Positions 43,194 through 57,146 of a stretch of DNA of 64,000 nucleotides are shown one piece after another; the first letter of the stretch is position 1, and each line of letters opens with the position of its first letter. The notes below the pieces were generated by a model. The model saw nothing but the letters and a program-made list of their open reading frames with translations, was not told the DNA's origin and ran no database searches. The stretch comes from the human T2T-CHM13v2.0 reference genome, Homo sapiens. Made by a program: the position numbers and the translations under genes. Location of the stretch: NCBI RefSeq assembly GCF_009914755.1, contig NC_060929.1; one strand, written 5' to 3'.

Positions 43194-43610
43194 TGGTATA
43201 GTTTGGCTCTGTGTCCCTGCCCAAATCTCATGTTGAATTGTAATCCCCAGTGTTGTGGGAGGAACATAGTTGGGGGTGATTGGATCATGGGGGAGGATTT
43301 TCCCCTTGTTGTTCTCATGATAGTGAGTTCTCATGAGACCTGATTGCTTGAAAGTGTGTGGCACTTCCCCTTTCACTCTCTCTTCCTCCTGCTGTGCCAT
43401 GTGAAGAAGGTACTTGCTTCCCCTTTGCCCTTCCACCATGATTATAAGTTTCCTGAGGCCTCCCCAGCCATGCCTCCTGTATAGCCTGTGGAACTGTGAG
43501 TCAATTAAAACTCTTTTCTTTATAACTTACCCATCAATTAAAACTCTTTTCTTTATAAATTACCCAGTCTCAGGTAGTTCTTGATAGCACTTTGAGAACA
43601 GACTAATACA
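43194..43610 (+). mobile_element. MaLR solo LTR (MSTA/MSTB-like)
   Basis: TGGTATAGTTTGG...GACTAATACA termini. Perfect 5-bp TSD TAGGG at 43189-43193 and 43611-43615. Internal 33-bp tandem duplication. Confidence 0.94.
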
Positions 43611-44259
43611 TAGGGTAAAATTAGGGTTTTCTGACTCAAACTAGAATCAAAATTTGAAGTTCTCACTGCTAGTTTTGAATTTGCCACTGATTAGCAAGAA
43701 GGTGTTAGGCAACTCATTCAACTTGCCTGTGTCTCAGCTTTGCTTGTATAAAATATAGATGTTAGATGTTAGAATATAAAATTGGGACATCCCTTCCTGT
43801 TAAAAATTATTTAAAAGGATTTATCTTTATGTTCAGGGAATGAGATTAGGATGGGAAGGAAAGAGTCAGTTATGTGTCCACAAGGAGGCAGGGAGTGAAA
43901 AGAACATGGCTTAAGCATCAAGAGGGTCTGTGTTCCAATCTTGGGCTCAGCTGTTTAATGGTTATTTCTGAGCAGGAAGTCAAGGAAATGGACATGAGAG
44001 GGGCTTTACAGATAACTGTAACATTCCTTCCCTTAAACCAAGTAAGTAAGTGGGTGTTATTTGTATTGCAATTATTTATATTTTACCCATATTTTACATA
44101 TTATTTTTTCTAGCTACTATTTTGTACATATTATTAAACCAAACTAAAATTCGATAAATGTGAAAAATAAATAAAATAGATTCTTCAAAAAGAAAAGACG
44201 AGCATGCCTTACATTTATGATCAAATTGAATGTTTTTTGTTTTTCTATAGCACATTCTA

Positions 44260-44700
44260 TTATTATGACTTTTTCCTTCTGACCCCTCATGAAGTGACCT
44301 CTGCTTACCTACAAGTCTTCATCTCCCATCTCTCTCCCCTCTACTCTTAAGTTTCTCCACAGTTTCTCAACCATGTTATACGTGATTATGCATCTGCGTC
44401 TTTCCACATGTTGTCATTCTGTCTGGAATGCCTCCTTGAGCTTGCAAAGAATTCCTACCGATTCTTTCTTTTTCACCTCAAATGCTTCTGAGAAGCCTTC
44501 TTCATCTTCCCCCAGCAGATGTGGGTGCTCCTTCTCCTCTACTTGACTATGCATTGTGGATTTCTGCTTGAAGCAATTGTATATTACAATGACTTGCATA
44601 ACTGGCTCCTGCTTGGATAGTCAACTCCTTGAGGGCAGAGGCTGAATCTTGGAGTGTCCAAAATCTACCTGGCCATGTTCACCCATCTGGTTTATTTATC
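44260..44700 (+). mobile_element. L2 remnant
   Basis: TCTGTCTGGAATGCC...AACTCCTTGAGGGCAGAG motifs. Confidence 0.6.
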
Positions 44701-44787
44701 CATTCCCTCTCTCTGTCTCTCTCTTCATGCTTACCTCAGGGGAATTCAAAATATGGCTGGCAACTGAAATGTAGTACTAAAAACATA

Positions 44788-45087
44788 CACGTGCCCCTCC
44801 GTATCTGCAGTTTTTCAACCAACCACAGATGAAAAATATTTGGAAAAAAAAACAAGACAAAATAATACAAATAATAAACAATACAGTATAACAACCATTT
44901 ACTTACATTGTACTCCGTATTATAAGTAATCCAGAGATGATTTCAAGTTTAAGGCAGGATGAGTGTAGGTTATATGCCATTTTTATGCCAACATTATGCC
45001 ATCTTATACAAGGGACTGAGCATCTGAGGGTTTTGGTACCCACAGGGATGTTGGAAACAATTCCCTGCAGATACCAAGGAACAACTG
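44788..45087 (+). mobile_element. TcMar-Tigger MITE (MER2-like)
   Basis: TA-flanked, TIR-like CCCTCCGTATCTGCAG / CTGCAGATACCAAGGAACAACTG, internal TATTATAAGTAATCCAGAGATGATTT. Confidence 0.85.
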
Positions 45088-48074
45088 TATGGAATAATTG
45101 AACAAATATACTGGATATTCATTAATATTCATTGGTACGAAGAAAAGGAATGGCATGGAGGAGCTGAGCAGGGGAGAGGCAGGGTGTTTCGGAAGCAGAG
45201 GTGAAAGGACTTTTGTTGATGAGATTTGGTCTGGGCATTCGGAATGCTGAGTGGAGGGAGAGGATGTGAGTACCCAGCATGGTCACCGTTATTATTGGGG
45301 AGGACTGAGGAGGATTCAGAATGCATCTAGCAGTTAAGATTTGAGCACTTGAGCTTTGGCAATACCCCTCTTTTGATGGAGAAGGCCCTATTTTTGTTGC
45401 TTTTTGATATACAGAGTCAAATATACAGATTATTCACAAATAAAATTTTTAAATATAGATTTACTGACATGATTGGTTAGCTTTCCCTGGACAGTTTCAG
45501 GAAAAATGTCACACACGCTCCAAAAAGAAACATTTATTTTTTTGTCCAGAAGGACCATTTCTATTTTCTTCCCAAGCACTCTCCTGCCTTCATTTTTCAT
45601 CATTCCCCTCTGTCAGGTCCCCTGAACCTGAAACAAGCTTATTCCTAGTGCCATTCTTTCATTCATATTGTTATATTCTCCTGGAATGCCTTACGATTTC
45701 CTTATACAAATCCCATTTATCCTTCAAAAACTGGTTCGAGTTTGCTGCTTCTATGAAATCCTTCCTGGTCACTGTGGTCATTACTGAGTTTCCCCCACTG
45801 TCAATGGCACCTCACTGCTACACACTGACTTAGCCATTCCTTCCATTTCGCTCTGAACCATTTCCTCCTGGTTCATTTATGCTGATGTTGATTAGTCAGC
45901 TGGAGAGCAAGCACTGTAAAAACAAGGCCCATATTTTACGTACACAACCTCTGTATCCTTGTAGCCCCAGTATATTGTTAATCACATAATTCTCACTTAA
46001 TAAAATACTTACCTGATGATTTGGTTGCTGACAGGGAAATCACCAACAAAGATTAGTTGCCAGTGTGATAACCAAGCTCTGGTTCAAAGTCTGATTTTGC
46101 AAAATATATCTTGTGTCTCCTCTTTAGAGGCAGGCATAAGGGAAAAGAATCATGATAATGACTCAACTACTGAAATTCTCAGCTTTTGAGAGGTGTTCAC
46201 TTTTAGAAGGGGGAGCAGGGTAAAAGGTGAACTATAAGGTAATCTAGGCTTACACTTTGAGGTCCAGGATTAAATGGTTTCAGCACAGTGCATTCTATTA
46301 AGAACTAGCCAGAGGTCAGAGGTTTACTGGGAATTTGAGCTGAGCTGATCATAGCTTTGCATTCATCAATGAGGGGATTACTACTTAGATCCTATATGCC
46401 ATTTCTTTCCTAATTTTAAAAAAGGCAATTTAATTTAATGTTTTTACTTATTAATATTTATAAGTTTGAAAAATTTTACCATCTCCCTAATATTGTAAAT
46501 TCTATGATTAGTAGTTTTGCTCCTAAATCTCCATGCATATCTTTGCTGATTTCCCAGGACTAGATTCCTAGAGGTGGGGATTTCTGGGTTGCAGCGTCTA
46601 GACCTTCTTAAAGTGCATGTCTTTAAGTTGTTGTGTTTTGGAAAACAAAGAGAAAATTATGACTTGGTGCATAATGGTGAGGAAGAAGAATATTATGGCT
46701 TGATTTTTATAGATTTTACTGAAAGATACTTTCTCTTTCATTTTTGAAATTCGTCTCCTAATTGCACCATTTTTTCTTCATCATCTACCATAGAAATATG
46801 CAAGGGTAGCATGCAGAGACAGCCTTGTCAGGGTACTGTTTTGTATGGGAGGCTGCTTAAGTCATTTTGATTACTGTGCGTAATATTCAGGTCAGTTCAA
46901 CCCAAGCCACCTCTAACACTTCCTGGAATGGTTCTTCAATTTGTATGAAGACAGAAGTAGGACTCGTTAATGATAAACCGAAATTCTAGACCTGACTGCA
47001 AATTTAAGCATAACTATGCAGTATAATTATATGTACACATACACTATTATATATTCCCTCCCTCCTCACTAAAGAATCACTGAAAAACCCCAGGCTGCTC
47101 TGTCTAAATAAAAATAGGCTCTGTCACATTCCCAGACTGGGTGCTGTACTTTGCCTATGTTAGATATGCTGATTGTCCTATACGAACCCCATGGTTTTCA
47201 CCGGTGAGGTCCCTAAAGCCATGGAAAATCTGCCTGTGCCTATACACTTGCTCAAAGTTCACTTTAAACAAGTCCAGGCATCAACAGCAGCTATAGAGAT
47301 TTTGTCACTTTCAAAGAACTCTTCGAAAAGCCCATCTCTAATTACTTGCTAGTGAGGAAGGACTTCGTGTCTTTGCTGTGGGACCTTGCACTTTTCTGGC
47401 TCTTTAACCTGAGTACACTGTGTTCTCTGGCTGACCTCTCTGTTCAAGGTATACTATTGAGAAGAGAGGAATTAAATTTTGCTCTGCTTAATCAAGAGCA
47501 TAACTTTCTGATGGGAAAGTGAGTGAAAATGGGTTTCTCCCATTGAAAATAAATTTGGATATTATGTCATTTCCCTCTTCTTTGAGCTTTGGCTGAACCC
47601 TGGACATGCCCCTGCTGTCGTAATCACTTTAGTATCTGCCTCATCCAAAGGCTACTGTGCTTAGGGCACTGTTTTCCTCACATTATACATCCAGCACCTT
47701 GCTCAGCGGGCACACATTTTGTTAAATCATTTGTTGTTAAGCTGTTGTCAAACAGTTGAAATATCTTCTTAGCTATTCTGATCAGCATTTTGCTGTATAA
47801 TCGCTTCATCTCCCTTTTGTGGATCACAGCTATTCAAAAAACATTAAGTCCTGACTTGGAGCCAGAAATGAATTTAGATGTGCGTGTATCCTATTCCATG
47901 GAATGCTGTTGCTGATCTACATGTTGAAACTGTGTTTTTAAAACTTTAATTCATGAACATGGTGTGACAATAATCTTTTTTTTAATTAGCAAATTCATTT
48001 GTATGCATAGACTTACAAAGGTATTTAGATTAATTCAAATCTGGATTTCCAGTTAATGAATTATTATAATTAAA

Positions 48075-48470
48075 TATGTATAATACCACTGGGATTATAT
48101 CAATAAAGAAATACAAAATTATGCAGTAGTGACAAACAAATATCAAAAACTGAAATCTTAGTGGTTTAAAACAACAGGGTTTTACCCTCAATCATGGAAC
48201 ACGTTCTGTTTCATACTGTTTTCATTTAGGCTTGCAGGCTTATGGAAACTCTACTATCCAGAACATCACTGATCTATATAGAGGAGAAAAGTGAAGCACG
48301 TGAGTTCTTAATGGCTTCTACCAGGAAATGGCACACCTCACTTCAGCTTATGTTTTATTGATCAAAGCAATTCACATAGTTAGTTAGCTACACTCCAAGA
48401 GGCAAGGCAGCACAATTCTTCCGTGTGTCCAGACAAAAGAGAAGCATGTAGTATACAGAGCTAATGAAGA
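48075..48470 (-). mobile_element. Old MaLR LTR (MLT1J/K-like)
   Basis: AATCTTAGTGGTTTAAAACAACA...CACCTCACTTCAGCTTA...ATTGATCAAAGCAA motifs. Confidence 0.55.
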
Positions 48471-49099
48471 CCTCCGTCTGTGTTCTATGATCAAATGTGG
48501 AGCTTGCTCCCTTTCCCTCTGCTAAGTGACATAATTATACTGATTTCAGGGCAAAGAAGATCAGCCATGGAAGAACCCATGACTTTATAAAAGGGTGTGG
48601 GTGAACCAAGTGCAGAAGTGGCTAAGAGATGCTGGGGATCCAATTTAGGAGTATCTATTGGTCCAGCAGACAAGAGACTGGATTCAAAAGAGGCAGTTTG
48701 GGTTTAAATCATTGGACTGGTTCCTTGAGTTCAGGTAGACAAGAGGTTTAAAACAGGAATTCAGACAAGTCAACCAAGCTTTATTCCCTGAGAAACATAA
48801 TTACTAATCAGAGCAGAGAAAGAGTGTCATGAACCAATAAGCATAACTAAGGAAAATTTTGAATCTAGGAACATGCTTATTGCATTCTACTGCATCTTCA
48901 GCTAAAGAGGACAGAAGAGGCCTCATGTACGTTGTTTTAAGGCAGATCATGAAGTTGTCTAAGAGACTCAAGTGTGCTTATATTACCTTAATAAAGTCTA
49001 GAAAGCTTCCTGGAGGCTCTTCTATGTAAAACAATTATTCTTAGCCTTTTGAGTCACACTTCCCATTCAAAATCTGATAATCCAATTCCGTGGAGGAAG

Positions 49100-50700
49100 A
49101 GTAGCTTTTTCAAAAAGTGATCCTTGACCTAAACTGTATACTTTATACAATTATTAACTCAAAATAGATTGTATAGTTAGAAGTGAAATGTAAAACCATA
49201 AAACTTTTATAGAAAAAAAGGGAAGAAAATCTTTGGGACCTAGATAAGAAATTCTTCTACTTAACACTGAAAGCATGATCTATAAAAGGAAAAATTGATT
49301 AATTGGAGCTCATCAAAATTAAAAATATTTGCTCTGCAAAAGACTCTGTTAAAAGAATCAAAAGACAAGTTATAAACAGGAAGAAAATATTTGTAGACCA
49401 TGTCCTAAAAAGAACTAATATCTGGAATGTATAAAGAACTCTCAACATTTCACAGTAAGAACAAACAAAAAGTCTATTTAGAAAGTGGTCAAAAGACATG
49501 AAGAGATATTTCACCAAAGAGGGTATACAGATGGAAAATAAGGATATGAAAACATGTTCGATATAATTAGTCATTTGGGAAATGCAAATTAAAACAATAA
49601 CCTATCACTTACATACCTATCAGAATGGCTAAAATAATAATAATAAAAAACTGGCAATACCAAATGCTGGAGGGATGCAGAGAACTGGATCCCTCTTTAC
49701 ACATTGGATCCAAATGCAGAGAACTGGATCCTCTTTATGCTGGATCCCTTTATACATTGCTAGTGAAAATATGAAATGATACAGCAGCTCTGTAAAACAC
49801 TTTGTCAGTTTCTTGTAAAACTAATCATGTATATTTGTTTGCTTGGGCTATCATACAAAATACCACAGACTGGGTGGCTTCAGTAACAGAAATTTATTTT
49901 CTAACAGTTCTGGAGGCTAGAAGTCCAAGAACAAGGTGTCAACAGGTTTGGTTTCTTCTGAGGCCTGTTTCCTTGGCTTGCAGTTGGCTGCCTTCTCGCT
50001 GTGTCTTCACATGGTCACTCCCAGTCTGTGTTGTCTGTGTCCTAATATCCTCTTCTTATAAGGACACCAGTGTTATCAGATTAGACTGAATGATATGATC
50101 TCATTTTACATTGATTACTGCTTTAAAGTCCCTATCACCAAATACAGTCATATTATGAGGCAGTAGAGGTTAAGGATTCAACATATGAATTTTGAGGAAA
50201 CAAAATTCAGCCCACAGCACCATGCAACCACCAGATGACCTAGCAATTGCACTCTTGAGCATTTACCGCAGAAAATGTAAGACTTACGTTTTGAAAACTC
50301 TGTCTATAATTGTTCATAACAGCTTTATTACTGAGAGCCAAAAACTGGAAACAATGCAGATGTCCTTCAATAGGTATATGTTAAGTGAACTTGTAGATCC
50401 ATAACGTGAGAAACTACTCAGCAATAAAAAAGAAATGAACTGCTAATATACACAACAATTTGGATGAATCTCCAGGGAATTATGTTGAGTGAAGAAAAAA
50501 AATCACAAAAATCATACTCTATGATTTCATTTATATAATATTCTTCAAAAGATAAAATTACAGAATGGGGAACTGATTAGTGGTTTCCACGCACTAGGGA
50601 CAGGGGGTGAGGAGAGGGAGGTGGTTGTGGCTGTGCAAGGGCAACATGAGTGATTCTTGTGAGGATGAAAATGTTCTATATTTTGATGGTATCAATGTGA
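49100..50700 (+). mobile_element. L1MC/MD-like 3' region
   Basis: ORF2-end remnants (GGGAAATGCAAATTAAAAC) and UTR (TGGATGAATCTCCAGGGAATTATG), split by an MLT1A LTR. Confidence 0.8.
49828..50219 (-). mobile_element. MaLR solo LTR (MLT1A0-like)
   Basis: AAAATACCACAGACTGGGTGGCTT...TTCTGGAGGCTAGAAGTCCAAG...TCAACATATGAATTTTG. Confidence 0.88.
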
Positions 50701-50873
50701 AACAGACAATTTTTATTGAGTGCTTTTTTCCTCTCCTTTTCTTCTAAATGAGTCTGGCTAGATGTTTATTAATGTTTTTGACCTTTCAAAGAACACATAC
50801 TTTTAGTTTTGTTGATTTTCTGTCATGTAGATCTATCTTTTTCCATTGATTTCTGCTCTTATTTTTGTTATTC

Positions 50874-51276
50874 TGTTGAAAGTCTGCCTCTGAAAGCAGA
50901 CCCTGTGATGGGGTTTGGTGTACAAGGTATTTATTAGAGATGAATTCCTGGGGAAGGGAGGAAGCTTCATCTCCACTGGTCAGAGGGAGAAGTTCAACTG
51001 TGACTGAGGCCTGAAAAAGCTTAAACAGCACTACAGGGAGCTGTAACAGTATTTAGCTGTCAGAGGTGTCCTGCACTGGTCTGGAATACCTGGGATTTTA
51101 TACTTCCACCTCACTCAGTCACTGAGAAGGGCATAGCCTTGGGTGAGGAGGCTCTCTGCAATTGAGACAAACCCAAGGGAAGCTGGACAGCCAGGGGCTA
51201 TCTGTGACAGCCAAGGCTATCTGTCTTCACTGACACTGACAGGGGATCTGAGAGCCTCGTCTCTGCTGTCACCACA
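50874..51276 (-). mobile_element. ERVL LTR (LTR16C-like)
   Basis: AGCAGACCCTG...GGTTTGGTG...TTTATT...CAGAGGGAGAAG...GGGGATCTG...ACCACA motifs. Confidence 0.65.
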
Positions 51277-51279
51277 GTT

Positions 51280-52720
51280 CCCTACCTTCTTTCTTTGAGA
51301 ATCCTTTTTTTTTTTTACTAGACACTTGAGATCATTCTTTAAAGCTTTTATTTTTTTAATATAAGCATTTAAAGCCAGTACCTTACCCTGTAAACACTGT
51401 TTTAGCATCATTTCACAGATTTTGATATATTTTCATTATTTATGCTTCAGAATATTTCCTAATGCCCATTGTGATTTCTTCTGTGACTCATGGTCTATTT
51501 AGAAATGCGTTGATAACCCAAAAACCCCCAAATGTTGGCAATTTTAATTATCTTTTTGATATTGAGTTATAGTTAATTTTCACTATGGCCAGGGAACATA
51601 TTCTGAATGAATCAATCCTGTGAAACATAAAACGAATTACCTAAAGAATAAGGCATATGGTTTACATTGTTAATAATTTATGTATATTTGAAAAGTTTGT
51701 TCTCCAGTTGTTAGTAGTCTGTTTATAAATATTAATTTGATCAAGTTTGTTAATAAGAGTTTTTCAAATATTTTACTGATAGAATTGATATCTGCTTGCT
51801 TTATCTCAGAGAATGTGAAAACCTCCAATTACGACTGTGGGTCAGTCTATTTCTCCTTTTAGTTCTGTCAGTTTTGCATCATACATTTTAAACTATGATA
51901 TTAGGTGCATATACATATAGGCTTGTCATGTCTTCCTGATATATTGATCCTTTTATCATTATAGTGTATCCTTCTTTAGTATTAGTGCCTATGTCATTTA
52001 TATTTTCTCATCTTTTTACTTTTTTTCTGTCTATATCCTTATATTGAAAGTTTGCCCTTTGTGGATAGCATATATTGAGTCATAGATTTTTTTAAAAAAA
52101 TCCACTCTCACAAGCTCCCTCTTTTAATTGTGTGATTTAGAGTTTTTGTTCATTTTTACACTTAAAGTAGTTACTCACATGGTTGGGTTTAAGTCTATCA
52201 TTTTGCTTTCTCTGATGCCCATTTTGTTTGGTTCCTTTGTTGTTTCTTTCGTGCCTTCTTTTAGATTATTCAAGCATGTTTCTCATTCTATTTTATGTAT
52301 TTTATTAGCTTTTTATTAATACAGTTTTGTATTTCCTTTCAGTGCTTATGCTATATGTTAAAGTATGCATCCTTAACTTAATGCAGACTACCTTGAATTA
52401 GAATTTTACCACTTTACAAATAATTTCAGATGCTTTCAATTCCTCCTGGTCTTTTTTTTGCTATTGTTCATATATATTTTACTTTTATATATGCTATAAA
52501 TCCCATAATTTGCTTTAGTCTTTTTTACAAAGTAAAAATTTTTATTTTATATTTACCTCCATATTTACTCTTTTCAATTCTGTTTCTTTCTGCAATTTCA
52601 TGCTTCCATCTGAGATCATTGGCCTTCAGTCTAAAGAAATTCATTAAACATTTCTTGTAGTATGGTTCTGCTGGCAATAAATATTCTCATCTCTTTTTTT
52701 TTGTCTAAAAATGTCCTTAT
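51280..52720 (-). mobile_element. Old L1M fragment
   Basis: Reverse endonuclease-region remnants (TCTATTTCTCCTTTTAGTTCTGTCAG; GATCCTTTTATCATTAT) with T-rich bias. Confidence 0.65.
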
Positions 52721-53366
52721 TTAGAAAAATATTTCTATTACTAGTGTTATTTTTAACTGACAAATCATCGTTGTATACATTTATGGGGTACATTGTGACA
52801 TTTTGACATAGGTATATAATATGGAATGATTAAATCAAGCTAAATAACATAGCCATCACCGGGCTTACCTCTCATTTTTTTATGGTGAGACGTTTGACAT
52901 TTACTTTCTAAGTTATTTGGAAATATACATCATTATGTATAGTTGCTCTAAAGTGCAACAGGTTTCAGAACCTATTCCTGCTGTCTATCTGAGATTTTGT
53001 ACCCTTTGATCAGCAACTCTCCATTTTCTCCTTCCCCATCTCTCAGCCTCTGGTAATAACCATTCTTCTCTCTACTTCTAAGAGTTCAGCTTTTTAAAAT
53101 TCTACATATAAGCGAGATTATGTGGAATTTGTCCTGCTGTGCCTGGCTTATTTCATTTAGCATAATGTCCTCTGGGTTCATCCATGTCATTGCAAGTGAC
53201 AAAATTTCCCCCATTTTTTAAGGCTGTGTAGTATTATATTGTGTATATAAACCACATTTTCTTAATATATTCATCTGCTGGTGGACACTTAGCTTTATTC
53301 CATATCTTGGCTATTCTCAATAATACTGCATTGAAAATGGAGTACAGATATCCCTTTAACAGATTG

Positions 53367-53416
53367 ATTAGATAGATAGATAGATAGATAGATGATAGAT
53401 AGATAGATAGATAGAT
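53367..53416. repeat. (GATA)n tetranucleotide microsatellite
   Basis: Read directly. A second (GATA)n tract lies at ~53911-53948 inside the LTR. Confidence 0.95.
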
Positions 53417-53677
53417 AATCTCCTTTGGATATATACACAAAAGTGGGATTACTGGATTGTATGGTAGTTCTGTTTTTAGTTTTTTGAGGAATCTCCATAC
53501 CTTTTTCCATAATAGCCATTCTAATTTAAATTCCCACCAACAGTGTATAAGAATTCCCTTTTTTCCACATCCTTACCAACACTTGTCATCTTTTATCTTT
53601 TTGGTAAAACCCATTCTAACAGATATGAGGTGATATCTCATTGTGATTTTAGTTTGCATTTCCCTAATGATTAGTGA

Positions 53678-54380
<703 letters not shown>

Positions 54381-55077
54381 CCCAGCTAATTTTTGTATTT
54401 TTAGTAGAGTCAGGGTTTCACCATGTTGACCCAGCTGATCTTGAACTCGTGACCTCAAGTGATCTGCCCGCCTCAGTCTCCCAAAGTGCTGGGATTACAG
54501 GTGTGATCCACTGCGCCTGGCCTAAGCATTTTTCATGTACTTGTTGGCCATTTGTTTGTCTTTCTTTGAGAAATGTCCGTTCAGTCCCTTTGCCCATTTT
54601 GCCCATTTTAAAATCAGGTAATTTGTTTTCTTGCTATTGAATTGTTTGAATTCCTTATACTTTTGGATGTTAGTCTCTTACCAGATGTTTGATTTTCAAA
54701 TATTTTTTCCCATTGTATGGGTTGTCTCTTCACTTTGTTAATTATTGCCTTTGCTATTCAGAAACCTTTTAGTTTGATACAATCCCATTTGTCTATTTTT
54801 GTGTTTGTTGCTTGTGCCTTCCGGGTCATATCCAAAAACTCATTGCCCAGACCAATGTCGTGGAATTTTCCCATGTTTTCTTCTAGTTGTGTTACAGTTT
54901 CAGTCTTGATATTTAAGTCTTTAATCCATTTTGAGTTTATTTTTTATATAGTGTGAGACAAGGGTCCAATTTCATTCTTCTGTATGTGGATATCCAGTTT
55001 TTTCAACATTTATTGAAGAGACTGTTAGAAAAATATTTTCTGAAGAAAACTTTTGCCAGGTATAAAATATCTATCTT

Positions 55078-55371
55078 GGCTGTGCATGGTGGCTTACGCC
55101 TGTAATCCCAGCACTTTGGGAGGCAGAGGCGGGCGGATCATGAAATCAGGAGATAGAGACCATCCTGGCTAACACGGTGAAACCCCATCTCTACTAAAAA
55201 TACAAAAACTTAGCTGGGCGTGGTGGCGGGCGCCTGTAGTCCCGGCTACTCGGGAGGCTGAGGCAGGAGAATGGTGTGAACCCCGGAGGCGGAGCTTGCA
55301 GTGAGCCGAGGTCAAGCCACTGCACTCCAGTGTGGGCGACAGTGCAAGACTCTGTCTTAAAAAAAAAAAAA
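55078..55371 (+). mobile_element. Alu, full length (AluY-like)
   Basis: GACCATCCTGGCTAACACGGTG, GAATGGTGTGAACC and GGAGCTTGCAG diagnostics. No TSD visible. Confidence 0.96.
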
Positions 55372-55821
55372 CAGTATTTTCCCCTTTCACCACCTTAAAA
55401 CTGCCATTCATTGCCTTATGTCTCTTGTTGCGTATGTTAAAACATCAGCTGTAATCTCTGTTATTTCTCTGAAGATAATATTTCTTTATTTTCAGCTATC
55501 TGGTGAAAGTGGTGATTGTGGTAGTAGAGGAAACATGAATTTATTAATCAAATCTTATTCCCTCTTGATTAAAAAAAACTACCTCACAGGACACTAAACA
55601 TGTCAAACAGCACCTATTCAGTTTTCTCAGTGGCAATAGGGAAGCATCTTGGAAAGAAATAAGAGCCATGGATTGTGGGTGTAAGATAAGGTTGTGTTGG
55701 TGAATCCTCATCAGTAACAAGAAAAAACTACAACAACTGCTACATAGAGCCCTTTGGTCTGCAGAGATGATAAAGGCAGTAGTGATCTGCCTACATGACC
55801 TTAGAATTATTACAGGCTTTC

Positions 55822-56102
55822 AATCCCAGCACTTTGGGAGGCCGAGGCAGGCAGATCACGAGGTCAGGAGTTCAAGACAAGCCTGACCAACATGGTGAAA
55901 TCCCATCTCTACTAAAAATACAAAAAAAAAGTTAGCCGGTCATGGTGGCTCACGCCTGTAATCCCAGCTACTCAGGAGAGGGGAGGAGAATTGCTTGAAC
56001 CTGGGAGGCGGAGGTTGCAGTGAGCCAAGATTGCACTACTGCACTCCAGCCTGGGTGACAGAGCGAGACTCTTTCTCAAAAAAAAAAAAAAAAAAAAAAA
56101 AG
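55822..56102 (+). mobile_element. Alu, 5'-truncated (AluSg-like)
   Basis: Starts at AATCCCAGCAC and ends in poly(A). 18-bp TSD with 2 mismatches at 55804-55821 and 56103-56120. Confidence 0.96.
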
Positions 56103-56978
56103 GAAATATTACAGACTTTCTCTAATGCTGTTCCAGGAGGAAAACAGGTAAGCATATGGATCTGAGGTAGCACATAACCTTAACTTGAAACAATATATTA
56201 GGGTATTTCCCCATTTTCTGTGATATGAGTTGAAAATATGTTCCCCCCCCCACTATACCCTACTCAGTTTTTCATGGTCCTACTATAAATGGTACTGCCC
56301 AGACCACAGCTGAGCACACATTTTAGGAGAGATACATTGAAGGGCTACTAGATATAAATACTGTATGGAAAGAGTTGAAACTGGGTGTGGAGCAAAGATT
56401 ATATTCAAATGGTTATCACATGAGTGAGATATTATATTTATTCTACACAGAATCTTAGATCAGAACCAGAACATATGAATAGAACCTCCAACAAGAGTTT
56501 TTAATCTAAGAGAAGAAAGGCATTTCCATGTTTCGAGGTAATGAATTCCCCATAGTGGAAGTAGAGAACCACAGACCATCTATTCTGGATATGATTGGGT
56601 GTGGTAGTCTTTCTGCATTGAGTGGGGAGTTGTATTAGATAGTCTCTATTGCTTCTTTCTCTTGTCAACTTCTGTGATGGGCAAGATTTGAAGTTAGTCA
56701 TAAAAGGCTATCTTTGAGGTAATACGTGGGTACAAAAAGATAATAGAAGGTGCAGAAATAGAAAATACTCCTTCAGGCTACACACTGATGAAAGAAGAGA
56801 GGTTGAGTCACTTGAGTGCCACCCATGTTGTATTGATCAAGACTTCATTCCCAAAAATAGGAAACCCTTTGAGTCTTGAAGTGTGAAGAGTTGTAAATAT
56901 CCCCAACTGTCATCTAATCAAGCTCCCTCATTTTACAGATACAGAAATTGAAGCCCAGGAGAATCAATTTGCTTAAGT

Positions 56979-57146
56979 CAGTGATTCTCAAAGTGCAGTC
57001 ACAAGAATACTTGTCTTAGCTCTTGGAGAACTTGCTTCATGTGCAGATTTCTGGCCCTCATCCTAAAGCTACTCTAGAAATGGAGTCACATAATCTTTGT
57101 TTTAACAAATGTCACAAGTGATTCTGTGCACATTGAAAAATCATTG
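56979..57146. mobile_element. MER5A-like MITE inside a reverse MIR (~56870-57240)
   Basis: CAGTGATTCTCAAAGTG ... TTGAAAAATCATTG termini. MIR core ATTTTACAGATACAGAAATTGAAGCCCAG to the left. Confidence 0.7.

Noticed and set aside
56280-56700. Possible CR1/L3 remnant; also faint L2, MLT1 and L1M remnants at ~2080-2600, 31400-32400, 45640-46620 and 58220-60040
   Set aside because: Too diverged to delimit or name reliably without an HMM search.
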